From an uncultured Holophagales bacterium (lineage in GTDB: Bacteria > Acidobacteriota > Thermoanaerobaculia > Multivoradales > UBA5704), in contig CAWJGT010000030.1 of NCBI GenBank assembly GCA_963842525.1, forward strand, positions 1 through 64,000: a DNA stretch of 64,000 nt, read 5' to 3'. A program made the position numbers and the translations under genes. Numbering within the stretch: the stretch's first letter is position 1; each line of letters opens with the position of its first letter. This document shows, piece by piece, positions 10,583 to 20,745 of this stretch. The notes under the pieces were generated by a model. That model was given only the letters and a program-made list of their open reading frames with translations. It was not told where the DNA came from and did no database searches.

Positions 10583-10620
10583 CCTGGGCTCTCGGAGGGT
10601 ATCTAGAAATTCTGCGCGAG

Positions 10621-10775
10621 CCCTGGCCCCTCACCCCCGACCCCTCTCCCATCCGCACTCACACCCGCCCGGGAGAGGGGAGCCCCCACCCAGGAGCTTC
10701 CTGATCATGCTTTTCTCCCCTCTCCCGGGGGAAGGGAGGGCGGATGGGAGAGGGGTCGGGGGTGAGGGGCCAGGG
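10621..10775. repeat. Palindromic REP/MITE-like element, intergenic copy (subtype B)
   Basis: Perfect 35-bp terminal inverted repeat (10621-10655 / 10741-10775). Spacer resembles the reverse complement of the spacer at 28957-29104. Lies between convergent genes. Confidence 0.9.
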
Positions 10776-10808
10776 CGACGCCCCCATCAGAGTTTTCCAA
10801 ACACCCTC

Positions 10809-12920
10809 TCAGGAATCCTGAGGCTCCGGCGCCGGCTCGCTGCGGACGAAATCCGATGGTGGCGGCGGGGCTTCGGCTCCCAGGCTGGGCTCGGCTCCGC
10901 CGTTGGTTTCGGCGTCAGGCTCCTGGGAGCGCGATCCTCCGCCCCCACCCCGGCGACGGCGGCGACGCCGGCCGCGCTTGGCAGGTCCGGCTCCGGTCGA
11001 CGATTCGGCCCCGGCTTCGGCCGATGCGGGCTCCTCTCCCTCGTACCCGTCTCCGTCGTCCTCATGCCCGTCCGGCTCGTAGCTCTCGGGCGCCTGGCCC
11101 GGCTCGGCGGAGAGGGTGGCGCCCGGGGCGATCGCTCCGTTGGTGCTGGCCTTCTTGCGCTTGCGTCCGCCGCGGCGGCGCTTGCGGCGCTTGGCCTCGG
11201 CGGTGCCGCCTTCGCCGGCCGCCTCGTCTGCCGAGGCGGTGGCCTCCTTTTCCTGGGCCACGCGAGGCTCCGGGAGCTTCGGCCGGTCCTTCCGGTCGCG
11301 CCGGCCCTTGCGGGCTTCGCGGCGAGCCGGGGCCGCCGGGGCCGCAATGGCCTTCTCCTCTTCTTCCTCCTCCTCGTCCTCAGGCAGGGCGAGGTCCCAG
11401 GGCTGGAAGGCGACGACGGCGGGCCGCGGCTTCGGCGGCGGCAGGGGCCTCTCGCGCTTGAGCCATTCGACCTGTTCGTCGGGGCGGTGGAGGCCCGGGG
11501 CGGCGACGATCTCGACGTTGATGTCGAACTCCGCTTCGAGGCCTGCGAGCTCCTTCCGGTAGTGGTTCTGGAGCGCGTCCGCGAGCTCGGGGTGGAGCTG
11601 GATGCGCGCTCCCTGGATAGCGCCCGAGGCCGCCTGGGCCTCGATGCGGCGTAGCAGGGAGAGGCCTACCATCTCCTGGCTCGCCAGCCGCCCGGTGCCG
11701 TTGCAGGTGGGGCAGCTACGGTGGGTGCGGAGCTCGAGAGCCTGTTGGATGCGCTGGCGGTTGATCTCCAGGAGGCCGTTGGGGCTGATCCGGCCTACCG
11801 TGGTGCGCGCCTTGTCGCTCTTGAGAGCGTCCTTGAGCGCCTTCTCGACCTTGCGCTGGTGCTTCGAGCCGCGCATGTCGATGAAGTCCACGACCACGAG
11901 GCCGCCGATGTCGCGCAGGCGGAGCTGGCGGGCTACCTCCTGGGCCGCCTCCATGTTGGTGTGGACCGCGGTCTCCTCCTGCGTCGCGGCTCGGGTCGAC
12001 CGGCCGGAGTTGACGTCGATCGAGGTGAGAGCCTCGGTGGGCTCGATCACGATGGAGCCGCCGCTGGACAGCTCGACCCGGCGCTCGTAGATGCGCTCGA
12101 TCTGGGCCTCGAGACCGTAGCGGGCGAAAAGCGGCAGGCGCTCGGCGTAGCGCACCAGGCGGGTCTTGGCGCGGGGCATGAAGGCCGTCATGTAGGCCTC
12201 CGCCTTGTGGAACGCGTCGTCGTCGTCGACCAGGACCTCTTCGATGCTGCTGTCGAGGTAGTCGCGCAGCGCCTGGAGGATCAGGTCCTGGTCTGTGTAG
12301 AGAAGGCGGGTCCCCTTGCCCTGGACGGCCGCGGTCTGCACCCGCTTCCAGAGGCGGAGGAGGGCGGCGAGGTCGCGGGCGAGGGTGGCCTTGGTCTGCT
12401 CCAGGGCGTTGGTGCGGACGATGACGCCGCAGCCGTCGGGGAGCTCGAAACCGTTGGCGATCGCCTTGAGCTTGCGGCGGAGATCCTCGTCCTCGACCTT
12501 GCGCGACACCCCGCGGGTGGTCTCGAAGGGAGTCAGGACCAGATACCGGCCGGCGAGGCTCAGGCTCGTGGTGAGCGCCGCGCCCTTCGTGCCGATGGCG
12601 TCCTTGGCGATCTGGAGGATGATCGGCTTGCCCTTTTCGAGGACCTCGTCGATCCTGGGTGGAGTCCCTCGGGGCTCCCTGTAGTAGGCCTCGGGGACCA
12701 CGTCCTGGATGGCCAGGAAGCCGTGGCGCTCGGCGCCGTATTCGATGAACGCCGCATTCAGGCTGGGCTGGATGTTGGCGATGGTGCCGCGGTAGATGTT
12801 GCCGCGGGTGATGCCGGATTCGGCGACGTCGACTTTGTAGTTCTCGAGGGTGTTCCCGTCGATGATGGCGATACGCAGCTCTTCCGGCCGCTGCGCGTTG
12901 ATCAGCATTCTGCGAGTCAA
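10809..12920 (-). CDS. rne: Ribonuclease E/G family
   Basis: S1 domain (GNIYRG...AAFIEYGAERHGFL), IDVNSG, LRLRDIGGLVVVDFIDM, CPTCNGTG zinc link, and a disordered Arg/acidic-rich tail. Confidence 0.93.
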   Translation of the reverse strand: MTRRMLINAQRPEELRIAIIDGNTLENYKVDVAESGITRGNIYRGTIANIQPSLNAAFIEYGAERHGFLAIQDVVPEAYYREPRGTPPRIDEVLEKGKPIILQIAKDAIGTKGAALTTSLSLAGRYLVLTPFETTRGVSRKVEDEDLRRKLKAIANGFELPDGCGVIVRTNALEQTKATLARDLAALLRLWKRVQTAAVQGKGTRLLYTDQDLILQALRDYLDSSIEEVLVDDDDAFHKAEAYMTAFMPRAKTRLVRYAERLPLFARYGLEAQIERIYERRVELSSGGSIVIEPTEALTSIDVNSGRSTRAATQEETAVHTNMEAAQEVARQLRLRDIGGLVVVDFIDMRGSKHQRKVEKALKDALKSDKARTTVGRISPNGLLEINRQRIQQALELRTHRSCPTCNGTGRLASQEMVGLSLLRRIEAQAASGAIQGARIQLHPELADALQNHYRKELAGLEAEFDINVEIVAAPGLHRPDEQVEWLKRERPLPPPKPRPAVVAFQPWDLALPEDEEEEEEEKAIAAPAAPARREARKGRRDRKDRPKLPEPRVAQEKEATASADEAAGEGGTAEAKRRKRRRGGRKRKKASTNGAIAPGATLSAEPGQAPESYEPDGHEDDGDGYEGEEPASAEAGAESSTGAGPAKRGRRRRRRRGGGGGSRSQEPDAETNGGAEPSLGAEAPPPPSDFVRSEPAPEPQDS

Positions 12921-13067
12921 TTTGGCTCCGTGTTTCTGGGCTGAGATGGCTGGTTGGTGTGGCTGGTAGGCCCTACAGGGTACAGGCGGGACGGTGGGAG
13001 GGCGTGCGGGTCACGGCGAATACCGCAGGGTATTGTGCAGATTTTGCCAGGAAACTGCAAGTCGGGG

Positions 13068-13551
13068 CTACGAACCGTCCTCGGCGGCACCGAGCCAGGA
13101 CGCGGGAGGCCAGTCCTGGAGGGGGGCTCCGGCCCCTTCGGCCAGGAGCCCGAAGGCCCGGACCATGCGCCGGAAGGAGCGGCAGCGCCGGTAGGCGGCG
13201 GCCATGTTGAACTGGGCGGTCAGGGCGGCCTGGTCGGCTCTTTCCCGATAAATCCGGCCGGCCATCTGGGTCTGGAGCCTCTCCTTGGCCCCTCGAACCT
13301 CTTCGGGAGCTGCCAGGGACATCGAGTCGCTTCGGATTCCTCGCTGGCCGCGAAGCGATTCGAGGGAGGCCAGGAACCAGGCTTCGTATTCCCGCTGCGC
13401 GATGACGACGGCGCACGGGATTCCAACCTCCGTCCCGGCCCAGCCTCCGATCTTCGGAGCGAGGTGGAGCGGGCAATCGTCATCCCCATCGAGGAGGAAG
13501 AGGAGACCGTCACAGACCTGCTGTACGCGAGCTCTTCGGCTGGATCTTCAT
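13068..13551 (-). pseudogene. DUF4276-family protein, N-terminally deleted or frameshifted
   Basis: LLLLDGDDDCP...AQREYEAWFLAS...RGAKERL...CRSFRRM motifs. The GTG overlapping the ATPase stop is out of frame with the body. Confidence 0.6.
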
Positions 13552-14273
13552 CCGGCTTTGCGGAAAAGCTCGATCTGCTCTGTATCGAGCTCGCGCAGAG
13601 GGGCAGCGTCCAGGGAGTTGGACCGCAGCATCTCTCCTGCACCTGCGAGGTGTTCCTGAAGGACCCGCCGGGATCCTTCGGAGATCCGGGAGACCCGGGT
13701 GGCGTCGCCTTCCCATTCCACGATGCGAAGATGGCGGTCTTCAATCCACTTCGCGTCCAGAAGCTCGGGGCTGTGGGTGGTGACCACGACCTGGCTTCGC
13801 GAGCGCGCAAGGTACAGAATGTCCTCGATCACGCCAAGAGCCCCTGGATGGACCGTGTTTTCCGGCTCCTCAAGAGCGATGAGGCTGAGGGGAAAAAGCT
13901 GGTAGACGGCGACCAGCAGACCCAGGATTCTGAGGATTCCATCCGACATGCTGGCCGGGGCAAATCTCGTCGTCGCACCGCTCTCGGATACCTGCGTGAA
14001 TTCGAGGGAAAGCTCAGAGCCTTGGCGGACGGTCTTGACGCTGAGCCAAGGGGTAACTGCCGCGCTGAGAAGCTCGGCAATCCTGTCAATGGTCTCCGGG
14101 GCTGATTTCTCAAGATCTTCGAGAACCAGAGCGATGTTGCCTCCGTCGCGCGAGAGCCGAGATGAGCCGCCCTGCTTGCGACCCACCAGAAAGGTCGGGT
14201 TGTCGAATTCAATACGCTCCGCCGCGATGCTGCGGAAGCCCTTGAGGGTCAGGCTGCGGATGACCGGCTCCAT
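13548..14273 (-). pseudogene. AAA_21/ABC-type ATPase with internal deletion through Walker A
   Basis: IRSLTLKGFRS...TFLVGR jumps directly to LSRDGGNIA. Retains MSDG, LEEPENTVHP and VVTTHSP. About 240 aa, versus about 400 aa for the intact homolog at 33785. Confidence 0.7.
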
Positions 14274-14339
14274 CAGGAGCAAGCATAGCAGCACCCGGTC
14301 CTACCGCCTCCCGCCCACCCTGGTACACTACCCTCTGCC

Positions 14340-15923
14340 ATGACCGCCGCCTCCCCCGGCCCACTCCGCCCGCGCTACGACGTCGTCATCCTCGGCGGCG
14401 CGTTCAGCGGCGCTTCGGCGGCGATCTTGCTGCGGCGGGACCGGCCGGAGCTGTCGGTGCTGGTGGTCGAGCGGCTGGAGGCGTTCGACTCCAAGGTGGG
14501 GGAGGCGACGACCGAGATGTCGGGGATGTTCCTCACCCGGCGGCTCGCGCAGTGGGAGCACCTGGAGCGCGAGCAGCTTCCCAAGGAGGGGCTGCGCTAC
14601 TGGTTCCGCAACGAGAAGGTGCAGAGCCACGCCGAGGCCAGCGAATCCGGCCCCTATGTGCGCAGCCTGGTCCCCTCGTTCCAGCTTCGGCGCGATGCGC
14701 TCGACGAGCACCTGCTGGCCACGGCCGTGGCCGAAGGCGCGGAGCTCGCCCGGCCGGCCCGAGTCCGGGATGTCGATCTCGGCGATTTCGACCACCGGGT
14801 CACGATCGAACGGAATGGCGAGGCGGGTGGAACGGAGACCGTCGCCTGCCGCTGGGTCCTCGACGCCACGGGGCGGGCCACCTGGCTGGGCAAGAAGCTC
14901 GGCCTGATCGAGCGCAACAAGGAGCATCCGACCGCGGCGGTCTGGTGCCGCTGGCAGGACGTCCGCCACATCGACGACCTCGCCGCCCGCGGACCGCTCG
15001 CCCGCGGCAACGTCGGCTCGCGCCGGCTCGCCACCAACCACTACATGGGCTTCGGCTCCTGGACCTGGTTCATTCCCCTGGGCAACGGTGAGACCAGCAT
15101 CGGAATCGTGTTCGACACCCGGCTCGTCCATCTCGACCGCGGGAGCGACCTGGAGGCGAGCTATCTGCGGTTCCTCCGCGCCAATCCCCTGATGGCCGAG
15201 CTGATCGAAGGCGCGCGGATGCGGCGCGAGGATCTGAAGACCTACTCGGCGCTCGCCTATGCGTCGCGCCAGTACATGGGCAACGGGTGGGCCCTGATGG
15301 GAGATGCCGCGGCGTTCCTCGATCCCTACTACTCGCCGGGGCTCGATCATGCCTCCTTCTCCGTCGAAGCCACCGTGGAGATCGTCAAGGCCCAGACCTC
15401 CGGAGAGGACGTCTCCGCCCGCATCCGCGAGCACAACGAGACCTTCCTGCGTTCCTATTGGCGCTTCTTCCGGGCGGTCTATCAGGACAAGTACTTCTAC
15501 ATGGGCGAGCACGACCTGCTGACCGCCTCGTTCCTGATCGACACGGCGCAGTACTACATCTTCGTCGTGATTCCGGCCTACCGTCTGTTCGGGCGGTTCT
15601 TCTGGATGCCGGTGCTCGGCCCGAAGCCGGCTTTCATCAGCTACCACCTGATGCGGATCTACAACCGGCGTTTCAAGGCGCTCGCCCTCGCCCGCCGCTC
15701 CGCCGGGGAGGCGGGCCGGCGCAACGACGGCCGCCGCATCAAGGCCTTCTACAGCCTCCATCTCGCTCCCTTCCGCATGGTTGCCCGCGGCCTGAAGCTC
15801 TGGGCCTTGGCGGAGCTGGATGGCGTCCGGCTGGCGTTGAAGCGGGTTTTCGGGGGGAACCTCACCCCCTTGCCCCCTCTCCCATCGCCCCCCCTGCCAC
15901 CGGGAGAGGGGGAACGTAGCTGA
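14340..15923 (+). CDS. Flavin-dependent halogenase-like FAD oxidoreductase
   Basis: GGAFSG Rossmann motif, KVGEAT, DATGR, WTWFIP (WxWxIP halogenase motif), GDAAAFLDPYYSPG. Confidence 0.8.
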   Translation: MTAASPGPLRPRYDVVILGGAFSGASAAILLRRDRPELSVLVVERLEAFDSKVGEATTEMSGMFLTRRLAQWEHLEREQLPKEGLRYWFRNEKVQSHAEASESGPYVRSLVPSFQLRRDALDEHLLATAVAEGAELARPARVRDVDLGDFDHRVTIERNGEAGGTETVACRWVLDATGRATWLGKKLGLIERNKEHPTAAVWCRWQDVRHIDDLAARGPLARGNVGSRRLATNHYMGFGSWTWFIPLGNGETSIGIVFDTRLVHLDRGSDLEASYLRFLRANPLMAELIEGARMRREDLKTYSALAYASRQYMGNGWALMGDAAAFLDPYYSPGLDHASFSVEATVEIVKAQTSGEDVSARIREHNETFLRSYWRFFRAVYQDKYFYMGEHDLLTASFLIDTAQYYIFVVIPAYRLFGRFFWMPVLGPKPAFISYHLMRIYNRRFKALALARRSAGEAGRRNDGRRIKAFYSLHLAPFRMVARGLKLWALAELDGVRLALKRVFGGNLTPLPPLPSPPLPPGEGERS

Positions 15924-16052
15924 AGCCTCAGGGGACAAGATCGCGGCCATCTCCGCAATGCGACGCAATGGCCTTGCGAAGACGGCTCCAACCACGTTCC
16001 CCCTCTCCCGGTGGCAGGGGGGGCGATGGGAGAGGGGGACAGGGGGTGAGGT
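15859..16052. repeat. Palindromic element (subtype C); left arm lies inside the halogenase 3' end
   Basis: Near-perfect inverted arms of about 59 bp. The halogenase stop TGA (15921-15923) falls just after the left arm. Confidence 0.9.
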
Positions 16053-16116
16053 CTCAGGCATCCGTCTTGTATGCGTTTCCGGGCACCCGCCCGCGGGGAT
16101 CTGTCAAGGAGGATCG

Positions 16117-19100
16117 ATGACAACCCCTAGCCCCAACCTTCGCCGGACAGCCCTCTGGCTGTCGCTCCTGTTCATCGCCATCGCCGTCTTCCCCAGCGTC
16201 GCCTCGGCCCAGTATTTCGGCCGCAACAAGGTGCGTTGGGAGAGCTTCGACTGGCGGGTGCTCAAGACCGAGCACTTCGACGTCTATTACTACCCCGAAG
16301 AGGAAAAGGCGGTGCGGGATGCCGCGCGCATGGCGGAGCGCTGGTACGACCGGCTGAGCTCGGTCTTCCAGCGCGAGTTCGCCGAGCGCAAGTCGATCAT
16401 CCTCTATGCCGACCACAGCGACTTCCAGCAGACGAGCGTGATCTCCAGCCTGATCAGCCAGGGGACGGGGGGCGTGACGGAAGGGTTGAAGACGCGCGTG
16501 GTCCTGCCGCTGACCGGCAACTACGAGGACACGGACCACGTGCTCGGCCACGAGCTGGTGCACGTCTTCCAGTACGACATTCTGAAGGACCCGCGCGGTA
16601 CCGGGGAGGGCCGGGGGACCGGACAGGTGTCGGGAGTCGACCTGCCCCTGTGGTTCATCGAGGGCCTCGCCGAGTACCTGTCCCTCGGCCGGGAATCGGC
16701 CCAGACATCGATGTGGCTGCGCGACGCCCTGGCCCGCGACTCGCTGCCCGACATCAAGCAGCTCTCGCGCGACCCGCGGCTCTTCCCCTATCGCTGGGGA
16801 CACGCCTTCTGGGCCTACGTCGGCGGGCGTTGGGGGGACATGGCGGTCGGCCGGCTCTTCACCCGCGGGACCTACATCGGCATCCCGGGCGCCTTCGAGG
16901 AGGTCCTCGGGGCGACCCTGGAGAGCTTCTCGGAGGATTGGAAGAATTCCATCCGGCAGGCCTATGCGCCGGTCCTGGAACGGCGCCAACCGCCCACAGC
17001 CGTGGGCACCCGGGTGCTCCCGCGCGACGGAGACTCGACCGACATCCACATCTCGCCGGTGGTGAGCCCCGACGGCAGCGAGGTCATCTTCCTGTCGACC
17101 CGGCGGCTCTTCACCTTCGATCTCTATCTGGCGGATGCGCAGACGGGTGAGATCAAGAAGAAGCTCCTCTCCGAGGACGCCGATCCGCATTTCGACTCGT
17201 TGCGCTTCATCGACTCGGCGGGCGCCTGGTCGCCCGACGGCCGCAAGTTCGTCTTCGTGGTGTTCGCCCGCGGCGACAACGAGATCGCCGTCCTCGACGT
17301 GCCGTCGCGCAACATCGAGCGGCGTTTCGAGGTGGACGGCGTCGGCGCCATGTGGAACCCGGCCTGGTCGCCGGATGGCCGGTCCATCGTGTTCTCGGGC
17401 TCGGCCGGAGGGATCACCGACCTCTACCTGCTCGATGCCGCGAGCGGCCAGGTGCGCCGCCTGACCAACGACATCTACGCCGACGTCCAGCCCGTCTGGG
17501 CTCCGGACGGGAAGTCGGTCGTCTTCGTCTCGGACCGCAGCCCGGGCGCGGGCCCCGACGAGCTGACCCAGACCGCGATGGGGATTTGGCAGATCGAGGT
17601 CGCGGGCGGGCGCATCACCGAGCTGGTGCCGGCGCGGGGGAACGTGGAGCGGGGAAACCGGTTCGACCCGCACTTCGGGCCGGGCGGGCGCGATCTCTAC
17701 TTCCTTTCCGACGGGGCCGGGGTCAGCGACCTCTACCGGATGTCGACCGAGACCGGAGAGATCTTCCGTGTCACGCGGCTGACGACCGGGGTGACCGGCA
17801 TCGCCCGGCTGTCCCCGGCCGTGTCAGTCGCGGAGCGCTCCGGACGGGTGATGTTTTCGATCTTCAACGACACCCGGTACGAAATCCACTCTCTGGAGCC
17901 CGAGCAGACCCGGGGCGAGCCGCTGGTGGCGGAGGCGGAGCGGGAGACCGCGGCGCGGGCGGCGCTGCTGCCTCCACCGCCGCTCCAGGCCGGGCCGCAG
18001 AGCATCGTGGCGCGCTACCTGGGGGATCCTGAGCCGCTGCCGCCTTTGGACGCCGCCGAGGTCGCCGACTACAGGTCCCGCCTGCAGCTCGACTTCGTGG
18101 GGCCGGCGGTCGGCGTGGGAGTGAGCAACCTGGGCTATGGGTTTGGGGGCGATGTCACGGCCTACTTCAGCGACACGCTCGGCGAGCGCGAGGTGGGGTT
18201 CTCCATCTATGGCGGCACCGGCGAGCTCAACGAGCTCGGGGGCCAGGCCTATTACCTGAACCAGAAGGACCGCTGGCAGTGGGGCGCGGCCGGTGGGCAC
18301 ATCCCCTATACCTCCGCATTCACCACGGCCCGCGAAGGGCCGGTCGAGATCGACGGCCAGGTGGTGCAGGGGACGATCTTCGAGCAGATCCGCCAGAGGG
18401 TCACCCTGGATCAGGCGCAATTGATCACCCGCTATCCGTTTTCGACCACGCGGCGCTTCGAGGCGAACTTCGGCGTCCAGCGGCTGGGGTTCGACAACGA
18501 GCTGCTGCGCGTCGTCGTGGTCGGCAACCAGGTGGTCGACGAGGACGAGGACGATCTGCCCTCCGAGCCGTCTCTGCAGCTCTACCAGAGTGCCTTCGCG
18601 CTGGTCGGGGACAACAGCTACTTCGGTTTCACCTCGCCGGTGCGCGGCTGGCGCTACCGCTTTGAGATCGAACCCACCTTCGGCGATTTGTCGTTCCAGT
18701 CGCTGACCCTGGACTACCGTCGCTATTTCTTCTTTCGGCCGCTGACCCTGGCCTTCCGCGGCCTGCACGTGGGACGCTACGGCACGGACGCCGAGAGCGA
18801 TCGCCTCTCCCCCTTCTACCTGGGCCGGCCGACCCTGGTCCGCGGGTACGAGATCGGAGACCTCAGCGCGAACGAGTGCACGGTCGTGCCGGGCTCGCCC
18901 AATGCCTGCCCGGAGTTCGACCGCCTGATCGGCAGCCGGGTCGGCGTGGCCAACATGGAGCTGCGGTTCCCGCTGCTCGGGACCCGGGGTTTCGGGATTT
19001 TCGATGTGCCGTTCCTGCCCACCGAGCTGGCGCTGTTCGTCGACGCGGGCACGGCCTGGACGGAGGACAGCTCGCCCGACTTGCGTTTCGACCGGAATTC

Positions 19101-19248
19101 GATCGAGCGGGTGCCGGTTGTCAGCGCAGGCGTGTCGGCCCGCATCCTGCTGGGCGGCTTCGCCGTCCTGCACTTCTACTATGCGAAGCCTTTCCAGCAG
19201 CCAGACGAGGACTGGGTCACCGGCTTCACCATCGCGCCTGGCTGGTAG
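16117..19248 (+). CDS. Omp85/BamA-type outer-membrane protein with N-terminal zincin-like domain and TolB/PD40 propeller
   Basis: AGGAGG RBS, signal peptide, QYFGRNKV, HELVH...WFIEGLAEY, WSPDG repeats, VRGY and LFVDAG motifs, C-terminal Trp. Confidence 0.85.
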   Translation: MTTPSPNLRRTALWLSLLFIAIAVFPSVASAQYFGRNKVRWESFDWRVLKTEHFDVYYYPEEEKAVRDAARMAERWYDRLSSVFQREFAERKSIILYADHSDFQQTSVISSLISQGTGGVTEGLKTRVVLPLTGNYEDTDHVLGHELVHVFQYDILKDPRGTGEGRGTGQVSGVDLPLWFIEGLAEYLSLGRESAQTSMWLRDALARDSLPDIKQLSRDPRLFPYRWGHAFWAYVGGRWGDMAVGRLFTRGTYIGIPGAFEEVLGATLESFSEDWKNSIRQAYAPVLERRQPPTAVGTRVLPRDGDSTDIHISPVVSPDGSEVIFLSTRRLFTFDLYLADAQTGEIKKKLLSEDADPHFDSLRFIDSAGAWSPDGRKFVFVVFARGDNEIAVLDVPSRNIERRFEVDGVGAMWNPAWSPDGRSIVFSGSAGGITDLYLLDAASGQVRRLTNDIYADVQPVWAPDGKSVVFVSDRSPGAGPDELTQTAMGIWQIEVAGGRITELVPARGNVERGNRFDPHFGPGGRDLYFLSDGAGVSDLYRMSTETGEIFRVTRLTTGVTGIARLSPAVSVAERSGRVMFSIFNDTRYEIHSLEPEQTRGEPLVAEAERETAARAALLPPPPLQAGPQSIVARYLGDPEPLPPLDAAEVADYRSRLQLDFVGPAVGVGVSNLGYGFGGDVTAYFSDTLGEREVGFSIYGGTGELNELGGQAYYLNQKDRWQWGAAGGHIPYTSAFTTAREGPVEIDGQVVQGTIFEQIRQRVTLDQAQLITRYPFSTTRRFEANFGVQRLGFDNELLRVVVVGNQVVDEDEDDLPSEPSLQLYQSAFALVGDNSYFGFTSPVRGWRYRFEIEPTFGDLSFQSLTLDYRRYFFFRPLTLAFRGLHVGRYGTDAESDRLSPFYLGRPTLVRGYEIGDLSANECTVVPGSPNACPEFDRLIGSRVGVANMELRFPLLGTRGFGIFDVPFLPTELALFVDAGTAWTEDSSPDLRFDRNSIERVPVVSAGVSARILLGGFAVLHFYYAKPFQQPDEDWVTGFTIAPGW

Positions 19249-19266
19249 GAGGTAGGATCTCAGGCG

Positions 19267-19647
19267 ATGCGATATCTGGTGACGGCGCGGGTGCGGCCCG
19301 GCAAGGAAGAGGCCCTGCTGCAAGCCATTGAGGATGGGACGCTCGGCCTCGGCTCGGTCGCCGGGGACGAGTACCTGCACGACATGGCGAAGGCGCGCCG
19401 GCTCGGGGACGGGGCCGTCCGTTGGGTGGAGGTCTGCTTCTGCTGGGAGCCGCTCCAGGAGGAGCGCCCCTACTGGGAAGAGTACTTCGAGCTGGTGCGC
19501 ATCCAGGATGCCCACAGCCGGCAGATCTGCCGCGACGAGAACGGCACGGAGCCGTGGGCCTGCGGCGACTGCGACTGCACGGAACGGCTGGAGGCGCGGA
19601 TGGAGGGCTGGGGGCGGCCGTTCCTGGAGGTGCTGCGAGAGAATTGA
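19267..19647 (+). CDS. Small Cys-rich hypothetical protein
   Basis: 126 aa with RBS. Six Cys (VCFC, IC, WACGDCDC). Stop overlaps the next ATG. Confidence 0.75.
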   Translation: MRYLVTARVRPGKEEALLQAIEDGTLGLGSVAGDEYLHDMAKARRLGDGAVRWVEVCFCWEPLQEERPYWEEYFELVRIQDAHSRQICRDENGTEPWACGDCDCTERLEARMEGWGRPFLEVLREN

Positions 19648-20714
19648 TGCACCTGCCGCAGCGTCTTCTTTCCCTTGTTTTCCTGGGGCTCGTCCTGGCA
19701 GCTCCCGCGGGAGCTGCGGATACCCCTGCGCCCGGCTGGCGGTGGATCGAGATCACCGCGGCCGGCTCGCACCTCTGGCGCTACGTCCCGCAGAGCCTCG
19801 ACCGCACACGTCCGGCGCCGGTGGTGCTGTTCTTCCACGGCTCGGGCTCCCGGCCTTCCCCCTACAGGCCCTACGTCGAGCAGGCCGCCGAGCGGGCGCG
19901 CTGCGTCGTGGTGATGCCGAAGTCGACGAGCGACCTGGGCTGGGGGATCGGCCAGGACGAGCTCATCGTGTCCGAGAGCCTGCGGCTGATCCGCGAGGAG
20001 CTGCCGGTCGATTCGCAGCACGTCGCGGTCGCCGGGCATTCGGCGGGCGGTGCCTGGGCCTACCTCCTCGCCTACGCGACCCGGTCCGGCTACAGCGCGG
20101 TCTTCTCGCTGGCGGCCCGGTTCTACCCGGTGAGCGCGGTCGCCGATCCCACCTACAAGGCGCCGATCCGCATGTTCTATGGCACGGACGACCCGAACTA
20201 CATCGGCTCCTACAGCGCGCTCAAGCAGCAGTGGGACCGCCTGGGCATCCCCTGGGAGGAGGACATCCAGCCGGGACTGGGGCATGGCGATCTGCCGGGT
20301 CCCTCGATGGAGCAGGGATTCCTGTTCCTGGTGAGCAAGAGCTACCCCGCCGACGCGGGTGGCTGCGTGCCGAGCGCGACGAGCCTGTGTCTTGGCGAGG
20401 GCCGCTTCAAGGTCGAGGTCTCCTGGCGGGACTTCGCGGGCAAGACCGCCCTGGGCTCGGTCGTCCCGGTCGCCGCGAGAGACTCCGGTCTCTTCTGGTT
20501 CTTCGGCCCTGACAACTGGGAGCTGATGGTGAAGGTGCTCGACGGCTGCTCGCTGAACGGGCATCATTGGGTCTTCGCCGCCGCGACCACCACCGTCGAG
20601 TACACTCTGACGGTCACCGACACGCAGACCGGCCAAGTGGCGGTCTATCGCAACCCCCTGGGCAAGCTGTCTCCCTCGGTGACCGACACGTCGGCCCTGG
20701 CGGGCTGCTCCTAG
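19647..20714 (+). CDS. Secreted alpha/beta hydrolase (esterase-like) with conserved C-terminal domain
   Basis: Signal peptide, FFHGSG, GHSAGG nucleophile elbow, LGH. C-terminal LCLGEGRF...FWFF...KVLDGC...EYTLTVTD domain shared with the ELWxxDGT proteins. Confidence 0.8.
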   Translation: MHLPQRLLSLVFLGLVLAAPAGAADTPAPGWRWIEITAAGSHLWRYVPQSLDRTRPAPVVLFFHGSGSRPSPYRPYVEQAAERARCVVVMPKSTSDLGWGIGQDELIVSESLRLIREELPVDSQHVAVAGHSAGGAWAYLLAYATRSGYSAVFSLAARFYPVSAVADPTYKAPIRMFYGTDDPNYIGSYSALKQQWDRLGIPWEEDIQPGLGHGDLPGPSMEQGFLFLVSKSYPADAGGCVPSATSLCLGEGRFKVEVSWRDFAGKTALGSVVPVAARDSGLFWFFGPDNWELMVKVLDGCSLNGHHWVFAAATTTVEYTLTVTDTQTGQVAVYRNPLGKLSPSVTDTSALAGCS

Positions 20715-20745
20715 CGGTCCGGTCGCGGCCCGCTCTGCTCCTCCC

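Noticed and set aside
19647-20714. Esterase acting as a trans thioesterase for the NRPS
   Set aside because: It has a signal peptide and the extracellular-type C-terminal domain, so it is unlikely to meet a cytoplasmic NRPS.
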